From contig JAYPPA010000009.1 in the NCBI GenBank assembly GCA_038131245.1, positions 6,215-70,214 of the forward strand: DNA of 64,000 nucleotides. Direction: 5' to 3'. This stretch comes from Rickettsia sp. Lineage in GTDB: Bacteria > Pseudomonadota > Alphaproteobacteria > Rickettsiales > UBA1997. The notes beneath the pieces are model-generated. The model did no database searches and was not told where the DNA came from. It worked only from the letters and a program-made list of their open reading frames with translations. Positions 7,301 through 17,909 of this stretch are shown here, piece after piece (within the stretch, counting starts at the first letter, position 1; each line of letters starts with the position of its first letter). A program made the translations under genes and the position numbers.

Positions 7301-9317
7301 TTATTAATGCTGAGCAAATTTTCAGGATAATGACCGTAAATTCTGTTGAATTTTTGTCGATTTTAGCATTTTTTAAAGCCTTAATCATCAAATCTTGTAG
7401 TAAAAACCCAATTTTAGATTGATGCGAAAAAGAATTGAGAATCTTAGTAATCAAAGGAAATACTAAATGGCCATTTGACTTTGGCAAGGCGGCGCTTGGC
7501 GCTAATTCAATAAGTCTTAAAAATGAGCGATGAATAACATTTATCAAACCAGAAATATCTTGCTGGTTTGGCAAGAGAATCTGGCGTGTGAATCTTGACA
7601 AGCAATTAGTGTAGGAAATGAAAAAATCCTCCTCATTAGCGAATTTTTCTTGGTCAAAATCAATATCTCTTGAATTTACAATGCAGTGCGTAATAAACCC
7701 GAGCGACTCTTGGACATGGTGATGGTATATCTGCTCATCCTTTTCGTGGTCAGAATCAAGAAAATTTGGATGACGCGAAAAAAGCTTAATCACAAAAGAA
7801 AAAGCGTAAGGATTTGGCTCTAAGTGGCCATAAATTATTTGTGGTAAAAAATGTGATCGATTCTCGATTGTTAATTTTGTAACATGATAATTTAAAGAAG
7901 GAACATTGGCGGCTATTTTTGCTAAAAAGTTAATATCAAAAGGATTAGAATCAGATGTTAAAATACAAGAATTTATATGCTCAATTATTGATTTTTTGGT
8001 TATTCTATGGTCAAGACTAACCTTATTTAACAGGTCCCAATTGCCCTTTAAGGCTGAAGAAAATGAAGTAAATATCAAAATTTCCTTCAGATCATATTCT
8101 AGATTTTTGGCAAATTCCAAAATTTGATCTGAATTTTTAGCAATATCAAAAATGCCACTTGGAAGCTTTTGATAAATTTGAATCAAGCCACTATTATTTG
8201 CAAGGGCAAAGGATTTTTTGCAAGAATCAGTATTTTTTGGCGATATTAATCGCAATTTATTTCCTAAAACTTCCGCTTGAGTGGCTTTTTGATAAGAATC
8301 ATCAGTCAAAAGCTGATAAATAGACTCTAAATCAACTTCATTTTCGATAATTTTACAATCAGACTTGGAAAGATTGTGCGGCTCTATAACAGTCAAAGAC
8401 TCTTTATCCGGCTCGTAAGTTACAACCTTTCCTGATTCATCGATATAAAAACCATTGGCTATTTTACAAAGTTTTGTGCTTAAAATTAAGTGTTTGAGGT
8501 CCGAATTTAAGTAAATTTCCTTCAAAACTTTATTAAATAACGCGCCGGAATTTTCTTTTGCTTCGTAAAAGTTGCGATCATGAGATCTAGAAAAAATTGC
8601 AAAATCCCCGTCTTTTGACCTAGCCACTCTAACGATTTTTTCTCGCTCTTTACTTGAAGAGCCTTTGATCGAGACTTGAAAAAATAAGTCTTTATGCGGA
8701 TCATCTTTGGAAGATTCTTTTTTTAATATTAAGTTTTGATAATTGTTTTTAGCTGCTAAATTAGATAAAATTGAAAACAGCACAAAAGCTTCGGAATTGG
8801 GCTTTGGCGACTTTTCTTGCGCAATTATTTGATTAACTTTTTGATGAATTTCTTCATCAGTTAATTTAGCCTTAGCCTCTTCTTCAAAATCATTTTCGAT
8901 GTCAATTTGCGAAAAATAAAAGTCATTTGATTTTTCAAAAATAGTCTTCTTGGGTTTTTCAGGCAATATTGGGCAGGTTAGAGAGTGCCCGTGGTGAAAT
9001 ATACTACTCATTTTTGATGAGTTGTTGGAGCTTAACCTTATTTCCTGTTCGATTCTAATTTCATTTTCAATTCCGTCTAAATTTTGGATGTAGCTAGTAA
9101 TTTTTGAAATAGTTTCATCATTTTTTTCTGGATTGCGATTGGATTTTGCGTAATTATCAAATTCTTTTAAAATTTCCAGGAAAGCATTTTGACTTGATGT
9201 TAATCTTTCTTGATGAAAAATCTGTTCGTTAACTTCTTTTGTAGAGTCGAAGAAGCTGCGGTATCCGGCGATCTTTGACTCTATATCGGCAATGTTTAAT
9301 GACGAATTTTTTGACAC
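4338..9317 (-). CDS. Giant hypothetical protein (1659 aa) with no recognisable catalytic motif; candidate effector
   Basis: Uninterrupted 4980-nt ORF in the track. No signal peptide or TM segment seen. Lys/Asn/Ser-rich with host-like AT-rich codon usage. Basic C-terminal tail: KKQPSSKPRAKNIQKNKQQPSY. Confidence 0.85.
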   Translation of the reverse strand: MSKNSSLNIADIESKIAGYRSFFDSTKEVNEQIFHQERLTSSQNAFLEILKEFDNYAKSNRNPEKNDETISKITSYIQNLDGIENEIRIEQEIRLSSNNSSKMSSIFHHGHSLTCPILPEKPKKTIFEKSNDFYFSQIDIENDFEEEAKAKLTDEEIHQKVNQIIAQEKSPKPNSEAFVLFSILSNLAAKNNYQNLILKKESSKDDPHKDLFFQVSIKGSSSKEREKIVRVARSKDGDFAIFSRSHDRNFYEAKENSGALFNKVLKEIYLNSDLKHLILSTKLCKIANGFYIDESGKVVTYEPDKESLTVIEPHNLSKSDCKIIENEVDLESIYQLLTDDSYQKATQAEVLGNKLRLISPKNTDSCKKSFALANNSGLIQIYQKLPSGIFDIAKNSDQILEFAKNLEYDLKEILIFTSFSSALKGNWDLLNKVSLDHRITKKSIIEHINSCILTSDSNPFDINFLAKIAANVPSLNYHVTKLTIENRSHFLPQIIYGHLEPNPYAFSFVIKLFSRHPNFLDSDHEKDEQIYHHHVQESLGFITHCIVNSRDIDFDQEKFANEEDFFISYTNCLSRFTRQILLPNQQDISGLINVIHRSFLRLIELAPSAALPKSNGHLVFPLITKILNSFSHQSKIGFLLQDLMIKALKNAKIDKNSTEFTVIILKICSALIKQGDFSQESIVAFKQLIEACKHNENLVNLVEISLSQLFCATDNEKERVAAFQNFSIQERLSALSVLDFHSNSLDHHPDLSASKALSVSPTYLEHSEFSSFLRSTRRELNLLSVDLSSPNKNQKIAKLIRTLENKYQHSKVDLVTFAQTFFDYENFITKTIITNQDGKVLYRIGDSIYDFVAMPIRYFFAQEPAMLEFLLSEIEILNVAAQDHGLNLNSLDDVSILNRLKPRIKSAIKKIVNHIHQNNPNHPYLTFLKGFNQSSEDEMLSCAETFLEDNHPNQFILKSSEKTLTVKLAPDFVTYQSNYQIEILKLESAPSNPLATLQVSGSISVNYVNNSKITNNSYIHSLKNRNLDIKISDSIRKFIALNASAQQFDDIFYDIVTDPIIANGLNSLCVDEKSRYHKISVSSHEEQFYIPRNSAGGFVFTVNHSNDRLIKSIILHEALYQYDVIQKSYYQISPFLTPANFKELAIRLDHLSKLCRSINVSTRPLRDAFCELRNTKFGKKSQIEEVRSAKQYNFKFRSIGKLESGKKLYLDENGRLLVNTSLSSLKLTPICHPQPHMIEKLPIEEVSPDFDLTFMAQHFDHQKKPFHRFCSTFKVKVRTIGTYQDVKNNIITIYQDSQGRRFKSIKKSSKIQEILDLDLEIQSQKLQKILDSFTQRAAIHEIFDPKKPQELIKNSNEVTIGKIQHLKTSKDKDPIEIRQITAKSCVKSPQKSFHIDRFAAIYTKTKQGRIQKSDLSNLEPDLRKIIFHCLDLSFDNIRLKKIYQLLEKNNSHDKKTVNLKPFNASKAHIFVKNGIKYALFKEDKSEDHHLMCLDYEKGVKKSKTGIIYDPDSIKLITSNLERKALFDDINPGVYLIYGEKHLHIKQEEYFNLTIKSFNISNFKKTTSQDQTIAIDSKLRILYKNPGEKDYNIATYSQSKKLIPYFYQCATESLIKLEDWKTHYINLMSKKQPSSKPRAKNIQKNKQQPSYITVEQLHQQ

Positions 9318-9460
9318 TAAATATTAATCAAATTTAAAAGTTACACTACTTTAGATGATAGAATATTAAGTAAAAATTAGACAATGAATTAGCACAAAAA
9401 GTTAGGTTGGTGTTGCGAAATGTTGCAGTAAATTTTTTAGAATTTTTGATTTTTTATTTA

Positions 9461-9516
9461 AGATTTTTGAAATTTTTTCTTGCAAATTTGAATTTGACAT
9501 CGTATGCTATAATTGG
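9461..9516 (+). promoter_or_regulatory. Promoter-like block, copy A (TTGACA-like boxes plus extended -10 TGcTATAAT at 9505-9513) with no ORF downstream
   Basis: agatttttgaaattttttcttgcaaatttgaatttgacatcgtatgctataatt is near-identical to 50792-50848. It points toward the 3' end of thiC. Confidence 0.4.
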
Positions 9517-9630
9517 GTTAATTTATACTTTTTTTATATTAAAAGATAATTTCGCTTCGCGATATTTCTTTTAGTTTAGGGTTGTGTTTTCTCTCATGGC
9601 AAAGCCATGAACCAAAAACTAGTTAGGGTT

Positions 9631-9673
9631 TTTCTGGATTGCCGTGTCGCCTGCGGCTCCTAGAAATGACGAG
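9631..9673. repeat. Short dispersed repeat, copy 1 (tttctggattg...gtcgcct...aatgacgag)
   Basis: Shares the blocks tttctggattg / gtcgcct / aatgacgag, in the same order and orientation, with 11598-11641. Confidence 0.6.
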
Positions 9674-9676
9674 TAA

Positions 9677-11545
<1,869 letters not shown>

Positions 11546-11597
11546 TTAACATAAATATTAGAAATAGTCAAGGAAATTGGTTGGTTTTATCTTTATG

Positions 11598-11641
11598 TTT
11601 CTGGATTGTGGGCGTCGCCTAAATTTCAACACAATGACGAG
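11598..11641. repeat. Short dispersed repeat, copy 2
   Basis: tttctggattgtgggcgtcgcctaaatttcaacacaatgacgag; the end blocks are identical to copy 1 at 9631-9673. Confidence 0.6.
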
Positions 11642-11705
11642 GTGTTGCTTTTTTACTCCAGCTATGGTAAAATAAGGGGATTGGTAACTTTAATTTACAT
11701 TTAAA

Positions 11706-12191
11706 ATGGCGAAAATTGATAAAAAAAATAAAGCTGGGATGATTCCATGGATTTTTGTGGCGTTTTTTGCGACTTTTATTGCTGTGGATATTGTGTTTTT
11801 TAGTTTGGCGAGCAAGACTTCGCGTGGGGTTGTGACTAAAGATTCATATCAAAAAGGTAAGGATTATAACGAGGTTTTGCAAAAAGTTAAGGAGCAAAAA
11901 AGCCTTGGGTGGAAGTTTGAATCGAGGTTAAAACAGGGGAAAAGTGGGGTGGCTTTTTTGAAAGTTTGTTTGCTTGATGATAAGGGGGGAAAAATTTCAG
12001 ATGCGAAATTGCTGGTGAAATTAAGGCGCCCGGTTCAGGCTGGTGATGATTTTTCGCAGAATCTGACTGAGGAAAAAGGCTGTTACTTTGGGAAAATATT
12101 TTTTGCAAAAAAGGGTCAGTGGGACTTTGAATTTGTGGCTATGAGAGGTGAAAATGTTTTTCAGTCGGTTAAACGTTACGTGATTAGGTAA
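11706..12191 (+). CDS. fixH: FixH/CcoH-family cbb3 oxidase assembly protein
   Basis: 161 aa with an N-terminal TM (IPWIFVAFFATFIAVDIVFF). Sits directly upstream of, and overlaps (TAATG), the FixI ATPase gene. Confidence 0.7.
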   Translation: MAKIDKKNKAGMIPWIFVAFFATFIAVDIVFFSLASKTSRGVVTKDSYQKGKDYNEVLQKVKEQKSLGWKFESRLKQGKSGVAFLKVCLLDDKGGKISDAKLLVKLRRPVQAGDDFSQNLTEEKGCYFGKIFFAKKGQWDFEFVAMRGENVFQSVKRYVIR

Positions 12192-14566
12192 TGGCGAAAA
12201 TTTCTTGTGTACATTGTGGGGAGGAAGTTTCTGGGGCTCAAATTGTGGCTGAGCGGTTTTGCTGTGCGGGTTGCAAGGGGGCGTTTGCGCTGGTTAACGA
12301 TCTTGGGCTTTCGAGCTATTACGAGGCGCGAATTAACGACGAGAAAATTCGCAAATTAAAGCCCGAAGAGCCTCATGAAATGGATTTGGCGAGTTTTTTG
12401 ACTCGTGGCAAGGATGGTGATTTTGAGTTATTGTTGGCGATTGATGGGCTGCACTGCGCGGCCTGTGTGTGGCTTATCGAGAATATTTTGCGCAAGGAAT
12501 CGGGGGTAAAATTGGCGCGGGTGAATCTGGCGAAGAGGTATTTGCGGCTAAAATGGGTAGGCGATGAAGATCGGGGACTTGAGCTGGTGAGACTTATTGA
12601 AAAGGTCGGATATCGACTCTATCCTTTTGATGAAGAGGTTTTGGCGCAAGAAGAAGAGGAATATTCAAGTGAATTGGTTCGTAAATTGGCTGTTGCGGGT
12701 TTTGGCGCTGGCAATATTATGCTATTTTCGATTGCGCTTTGGCTTTATGATGCCGGTGAAATGGGTCGGCAAATGCGTAATGCGGTGAATTTTACGATGG
12801 CTGGGATTGCCTTACCCTGCACTATTTATGCTTCTTCGGTTTTTTTTAGGTCAGCATTTCAGGCGCTAAAATTTAAGCGAATGAACATGGATGTGACGAT
12901 CTCAACAGCGATTTTACTGACTTTATCAGTTGGTTTTTACCAGATTTTCGATGATGCGAACCATGTTTATTTTGATTCGGCGTTGATGCTGTGTTTTTTT
13001 CTGCTGATTGGGCGCTATTTTGATTTTAAGGCGCGCAGGAAGGCGTTTAATGTTAGTCGGGAATTTTCTTTGCTGAGCGCGAATTTTGCGCGAGTTGTTG
13101 ATGAGGATGGAGGAGTGCGGATTGTGGCTGCGAAAAATATTAAGGAGGGGATGGTGCTGCTTGTGCAAGCCGGTGAGAAGGTGGCTGCGGATGGCGTGGT
13201 GATCGAAGGCGAGTCTGAGCTTAATAATGCGGTGATTACTGGTGAGTCTAGGTCGGTTTTGGTTAAAAAAGGCGCGAAGGTTTTCGCTTCGGCGATTAAT
13301 GAGGGGAATTCTCTGAAGATAAAGGTGACCAATATTCAACAGGAAAGTTTGTTGAAACAGATCCAGGACATTGTGGAGGAAGGTGAAAATTGCAAAGGTC
13401 GGTTTGTGAGACTTGCTGATCGCTTGGCCGGATATTACACGCCGGTGGTACATTTGGTGGCGCTTGCGACTTTTTGTGGCTGGTATTTTTTAGGAGGGCT
13501 TATTGGTCAAGATGCGCTTTTAAATGCGATTGCGGTTTTGGTGATTACCTGTCCGTGCGCTTTGGCTTTGGCGGTGCCAATTGCGCAATCGCTGACTATT
13601 TCTAGTGCGCTTAAAAATGGGATTATAATTAAATCAGGAGAAGCTTTGGAAAAAATAGCTAAAGTTAAGGTTTTTGCTTTTGATAAAACGGGAACTTTGA
13701 CATATGGTAGACCAAAATTGGTTGGTTTTAAAGGATTAAATCGCAAACTTAATGAAAATGAGCGAAAAAAATATTTGCAAATTGCAAGTAATTTGGCGAA
13801 AAATAGCTCTCATCCATTTGCAAAAGCGATTTATGAGGCTTGTAATGATGGCGGCGATAGCGCTTTACTTTTAGCAACAGAAAAAAAGGGTTTTGGTGTT
13901 GCTGGTGAATTTGAAGGCAAAGCAGCAAAGCTTGGCAAGAGAGATTTTGTCGATGGTTTTGCTGAAGAATTTTTAAATGAAATTGATGGGAACTTTTCGG
14001 CCAGTTTTTTATCATTTAAAGGCGATGTGGTGGCTTTTTATTTTGAAGATGAGCTAAAACAAGATGCTGCAAAGTTTTTAGGAAAACTTGATGCTAAAAA
14101 AGTTTTGCTTTCAGGAGATGATGAAAGCGTGGTTTTAAAAGTCGCCAAGAGTCTTGGCTTTGAGCAGTTTTTTGCTGAAAAAAATCCACTTGAAAAGGTT
14201 GAAATTTTGAAGGATTTAAGGCAAAAAAATGGGTCAGTGGCTTTTGTAGGAGATGGGATTAATGATGCTGGAGTTATGGCTTTGGCGGATGTTTCAATTT
14301 CGTTTTCTAAAGCATCTGGTTTGGCGCAAAATGTGGCTGATGTGATTATTGCTCGAGAGGATTTGATGCCGATTTTGGATTTTATAAATTTAGCTAGCAG
14401 GTCTAGGAAAATTATTAAGCAGAATTTGCTTTTTTGCTTAATATATAATTTTTTGGCAATGCCTTTTGCGGTATTGGGAATGGTTAATCCGATGGTGGCT
14501 GCGCTAGCAATGTCAAGCTCTTCGCTAATTGTTGTTTTAAATTCCCTAAGGGTGGTAAAAAAATAA
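12191..14566 (+). CDS. fixI: Copper-translocating P1B-type ATPase FixI/CcoI
   Basis: 791 aa. Motifs: CPC (ITCPCALALAVP), DKTGTLT and GDGINDA, plus N-terminal Cys pairs. Confidence 0.9.
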   Translation: MAKISCVHCGEEVSGAQIVAERFCCAGCKGAFALVNDLGLSSYYEARINDEKIRKLKPEEPHEMDLASFLTRGKDGDFELLLAIDGLHCAACVWLIENILRKESGVKLARVNLAKRYLRLKWVGDEDRGLELVRLIEKVGYRLYPFDEEVLAQEEEEYSSELVRKLAVAGFGAGNIMLFSIALWLYDAGEMGRQMRNAVNFTMAGIALPCTIYASSVFFRSAFQALKFKRMNMDVTISTAILLTLSVGFYQIFDDANHVYFDSALMLCFFLLIGRYFDFKARRKAFNVSREFSLLSANFARVVDEDGGVRIVAAKNIKEGMVLLVQAGEKVAADGVVIEGESELNNAVITGESRSVLVKKGAKVFASAINEGNSLKIKVTNIQQESLLKQIQDIVEEGENCKGRFVRLADRLAGYYTPVVHLVALATFCGWYFLGGLIGQDALLNAIAVLVITCPCALALAVPIAQSLTISSALKNGIIIKSGEALEKIAKVKVFAFDKTGTLTYGRPKLVGFKGLNRKLNENERKKYLQIASNLAKNSSHPFAKAIYEACNDGGDSALLLATEKKGFGVAGEFEGKAAKLGKRDFVDGFAEEFLNEIDGNFSASFLSFKGDVVAFYFEDELKQDAAKFLGKLDAKKVLLSGDDESVVLKVAKSLGFEQFFAEKNPLEKVEILKDLRQKNGSVAFVGDGINDAGVMALADVSISFSKASGLAQNVADVIIAREDLMPILDFINLASRSRKIIKQNLLFCLIYNFLAMPFAVLGMVNPMVAALAMSSSSLIVVLNSLRVVKK

Positions 14567-14577
14567 TTTTTTGGTAC

Positions 14578-14606
14578 TTGACTGATAAGTTTTTTTGATG
14601 TATTAT
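14578..14606 (+). promoter_or_regulatory. Sigma70-like promoter upstream of ccoS
   Basis: TTGACT, then a 17-nt spacer, then TATTAT. Confidence 0.4.
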
Positions 14607-14648
14607 TATTTTAAATATTGGATTTAATTTTGAATAGGTTTTGGTGTC

Positions 14649-14789
14649 ATGGATATACTGATTTACCTCATCCCAATTACGGTTTTTATTTCTCTGATAG
14701 GTCTTGTGGCTTTTATCTGGAGCTTAAAAAGCAAGCAATATGATGATCTGGAAGGTTCTGCGAGTAGGATTTTACACGATGATGATTAA
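14649..14789 (+). CDS. ccoS: cbb3 oxidase maturation protein CcoS/FixS (46 aa; below the track's length cut-off)
   Basis: My translation: MDILIYLIPITVFISLIGLVAFIWSLKSKQYDDLEGSASRILHDDD. This matches the CcoS pattern (single TM, then QYDDLxG...IL.DDD) and sits after fixI. Confidence 0.85.
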   Translation: MDILIYLIPITVFISLIGLVAFIWSLKSKQYDDLEGSASRILHDDD

Positions 14790-15147
14790 AAGCTGCGCTG
14801 TATTTTTAACCTTGTAATTGGCTCTTAGAAAAAATCCTTTTTTTATAAGTAAAAGTGTCGTGTATTTTTTGCAAACACTAAAATTTTATTATTTTTTTTA
14901 GAAGTGTAGCGTTTTTTTGATGCAGTATTTTTCTGACTTTGGTTAGTGTCAAGAAAATTATTTGCAAAAAGTTAAAATAAATTACTTTACTAAAGAGAAG
15001 AAAAATGGCAGAATTTAGATGTTAATAAATTATTTATTTTTTATAAATTAAAAAAGTTAATAGATTAGTTTTTAATGAGAATTAAGAGGCTCTATTAAAA
15101 AATTAAAGATAAAATTAGTTGTTAATAAAAAATAAAAAGTAATTATT

Positions 15148-15214
15148 TAGTAGTAATGCCAATTGCACGGTTTTAGTAGTAATGCCGATTGTGCGGCGGC
15201 AATAATAGTAGTAA
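15148..15214. repeat. Tandem repeat with 26-nt period, about 2.4 copies (tagtagtaatgccRattgYRcgg)
   Basis: 15148-15170 is tagtagtaatgccaattgcacgg. 15174-15196 is tagtagtaatgccgattgtgcgg. A partial tagtagtaa sits at 15206-15214. Confidence 0.8.
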
Positions 15215-15225
15215 AATTAAATTGT

Positions 15226-15654
15226 ATGATAGATATAAAAGAAATTGATTCTAGTGATGCTTATGAGGCTTTAAAAAATAATGATTCGGTTTTAGTTGAT
15301 GTTAGAACTGATGCGGAGCATATATTTGTTGGACAAGTAGATTTAAGCAAAATTTCTGGTAAGGTGATCTTATTGCCGTGGAAAACTTTTCCAGCTATGG
15401 CAATTAATCCTAGATTTCAAATTACCCTAGAAAAAGAATTAAATGGACTTGCAACTGGTGACATAAGAGACTTAAAATTAATTTTTATGTGCAGAAGCGG
15501 AGCTAGATCCTTAGAGGCAGCAATGTACTGTACACAGCTTGGTTTTAAAAATTGTTATAACTTGATATCTGGATTCGAAGGAAGATCTAACGACAAAGGT
15601 CATAGATCGACTATTGATGGATGGAAAGCGGAAAACCTACCATGGAAACAGTAA
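15226..15654 (+). CDS. Rhodanese-domain sulfurtransferase
   Basis: Active-site loop CRSGARS. The track ORF starts at 15163 (TTG) inside the tandem repeat. I prefer the ATG at 15226 (MIDIKEIDS...). Confidence 0.75.
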   Translation: MIDIKEIDSSDAYEALKNNDSVLVDVRTDAEHIFVGQVDLSKISGKVILLPWKTFPAMAINPRFQITLEKELNGLATGDIRDLKLIFMCRSGARSLEAAMYCTQLGFKNCYNLISGFEGRSNDKGHRSTIDGWKAENLPWKQ

Positions 15655-15667
15655 AAAGTAAAAAGTA

Positions 15668-17140
15668 ATGAAACAGACTAAGGAAATTTTAGAAAATATT
15701 GAAGGTAAAGACTTGATGCGAAACAGTGAAGAAGCAATGGGTCTCAAGGCGGAAATAAAAGAAAGTTTCTTGAATCAAAAAGCGGTTTTACTTAGCACTA
15801 TCAAAGCTGATTTTGACGAAGATATATTTAGTAAATGGATTGAGCCTTTGGAAATTACCGATATTAGTAAAAGTGAGGTGACATTTTTGGCTCCATCAAA
15901 GTTTGTTAGAGATTGGGCGCTGCGTGAATTTGTTGAAGGAGCAAAAGCTGAGAATAATCTTTTAAAATCTGCAAAGAAATTTAACCCGGCGATTAAAAAA
16001 GTTAACATTATCAGTAAAATTGACTCTGATAGTCCAAAAGTTGGGATCGCCAAGACCGAAAGTAAATTAGTTAACCTTTCCAAACATGATAATGTCTTTT
16101 CGTTTGGAACTGAACTTAATCAAAAATACAATTTTGAGAATTTTGTTAGTGCAAAATATAACAGATTTGCCTTAAAAATGGCGAAAATTGCCGCTGGGGT
16201 TGATAACAATCAGCTAGAATTGTTTGATGAAGCAATTCCATTATTTATTCATGGAAGTGTCGGGATGGGGAAAACGCATTTAGCTCAAGCCATTGCCTGG
16301 CACATCAAAAGCGCCGATAAAAGCAAAAAGGTGGTGTATCTTTCTGCTGAAAAATTCATGTTTCACTTTGTAAAATCCGTTAGAAGTAACGACATGATGA
16401 ACTTTAAGGAGCAGTTTCGCTCGGTTGATGTGTTAATTATTGATGATGTACAGTTTATTGCCGGTAAAAAAAGCACGCAAGAAGAATTTATGCATAGCTT
16501 TAATCATTTGGTGGAAAATAATAAGCAAGTGATTTTAGTGTGCGATCGCAGCCCTTCTGACCTTGAGTCTATCGATGAAAAACTCAAGTCAAGAATTTCG
16601 GGTGGAATGATTATTAACTTTAAAAAGCCAGACTTTAACGACCGATTCGATCTTTTAAAGGAAAAGGCGAAGATGATGAATCTTGAGATTAAAAATGAGA
16701 TGTTGGAGCTTATGGCTAGCAAATTAAAGCTATCGATTCGCGATTTGGATGGCGCAATTAGAAAAATTGCCGCTAATTCTATCTTGGAGGAAGAGCAAAT
16801 CTCCAGAGAAATGATTGATAATATCTTAGCTGAGTACAATAATTCTTGTGACGGCAATATTTCAATTAAGTTAATCAAGAAGGTTATTTGTACATATTTT
16901 AATATGAAACCTATCTTGCTTTCACAGGCAAATCGCAGCAAGGATGTTGCAAAAGCTAGGCAAATTGCGATGTATTTCTCAAAAACCTTGACTTCACTTA
17001 GTTTGCCAAAAATCGGCAAGGAATTTAATAAAAACCATGCAACTGTGATTTATGCGGTGAAGTCCATTGAAAAAGAAATGGAAAAAGATGCTAGCTTTTC
17101 TAACTTGATTGAAAAATTAAGGCTTCAGATTAGTCAGTAG
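15668..17140 (+). CDS. dnaA: Chromosomal replication initiator DnaA
   Basis: 490 aa. Walker A GSVGMGKTHL, IIDDVQF, and a C-terminal DNA-binding helix (NHATVIYAVKSIE). Confidence 0.95.
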   Translation: MKQTKEILENIEGKDLMRNSEEAMGLKAEIKESFLNQKAVLLSTIKADFDEDIFSKWIEPLEITDISKSEVTFLAPSKFVRDWALREFVEGAKAENNLLKSAKKFNPAIKKVNIISKIDSDSPKVGIAKTESKLVNLSKHDNVFSFGTELNQKYNFENFVSAKYNRFALKMAKIAAGVDNNQLELFDEAIPLFIHGSVGMGKTHLAQAIAWHIKSADKSKKVVYLSAEKFMFHFVKSVRSNDMMNFKEQFRSVDVLIIDDVQFIAGKKSTQEEFMHSFNHLVENNKQVILVCDRSPSDLESIDEKLKSRISGGMIINFKKPDFNDRFDLLKEKAKMMNLEIKNEMLELMASKLKLSIRDLDGAIRKIAANSILEEEQISREMIDNILAEYNNSCDGNISIKLIKKVICTYFNMKPILLSQANRSKDVAKARQIAMYFSKTLTSLSLPKIGKEFNKNHATVIYAVKSIEKEMEKDASFSNLIEKLRLQISQ

Positions 17141-17156
17141 AGATGTTTTAAAGCAC

Positions 17157-17882
17157 CTACCCTTCGATTAGATTTAGAAACTTATCTTCAAAACTCTTAC
17201 CTTGGTATTTTTTGATAAAGTCCTTTACCTCTCCAGAATATCTGATTTTCGTATCGTGCAAAATAGCAACATGGCTGCATATTTCTTCAATATCAGAAAG
17301 AATATGTGAGGTAAAAAAGATGGTTTTATTGCTGTTTTTACAAAATCCAACCATTAGATCTTTTAGATTTTTCCTGGCCTTTGGATCTAGACCACTCATT
17401 GGCTCATCAAAAATTATTAAATCTGAGTCGGAAAGAAAAGCACTAATTAACCCAAGCTTTTGAATCATACCTTTAGAGTATGTGGTAACTTTTTCGTGCA
17501 AAATAATCTCCTTTAAGTCAAGTTCTTTGCACAGGTCTTTAAGCTTTTTTAGGTTGATTTTAGAGCCATGAAGATTGCAATTGAATTTCAAGAACTCAAT
17601 TCCCTTAAGGTCAGCCGAAGGTTGAAACTTTTCAGGAAGATAAAAAAGGTTTAAGCGAGAATCTGGATCAGATGAATCTTTACCAAAGACACAGACCTTT
17701 CCAGAGTCAAAGCTACTCAAATCAAGCAATGACTTAATAAGACTGGTCTTACCTTGGCCGTTAAGCCCAATAAGAGAAAAGATTTGACCAGTTTTAATAT
17801 CCAAATTTATGTTATCAATGACTAACTTTTCATGATAAGACTTTTTGAGTCCCGTTATCTTTACGACATGATCGCTAGTCAT
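17157..17882 (-). CDS. ABC transporter ATP-binding protein (no adjacent permease)
   Basis: Walker A GLNGQGKTS, signature-like YSKGMIQKL, Walker B LIIFDEP. Confidence 0.8.
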   Translation of the reverse strand: MTSDHVVKITGLKKSYHEKLVIDNINLDIKTGQIFSLIGLNGQGKTSLIKSLLDLSSFDSGKVCVFGKDSSDPDSRLNLFYLPEKFQPSADLKGIEFLKFNCNLHGSKINLKKLKDLCKELDLKEIILHEKVTTYSKGMIQKLGLISAFLSDSDLIIFDEPMSGLDPKARKNLKDLMVGFCKNSNKTIFFTSHILSDIEEICSHVAILHDTKIRYSGEVKDFIKKYQGKSFEDKFLNLIEG

Positions 17883-17909
17883 TAATTACAATTTAAATTG
17901 TCAATATGA

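Noticed and set aside
4338-9317. RHS/YD-repeat protein assignment for the 1659-aa ORF
   Set aside because: Only about four weak Y-x-D-x-x-G-[KR] matches exist (YIDESGKVV, NQDGKVLY, YLDENGRLL, YQDSQGRRF), scattered over 1659 aa. Genuine RHS proteins have dense arrays, an RHS core and a toxin tip, none of which I see.
14790-15225. Possible oriC in the 436-nt AT-rich spacer upstream of rhodanese and dnaA
   Set aside because: I found no TTATCCACA-type DnaA box and no TTAA-N7-TTAA CtrA box by eye. In alphaproteobacteria the origin is usually not next to dnaA. GC-skew analysis of the whole genome would be needed.
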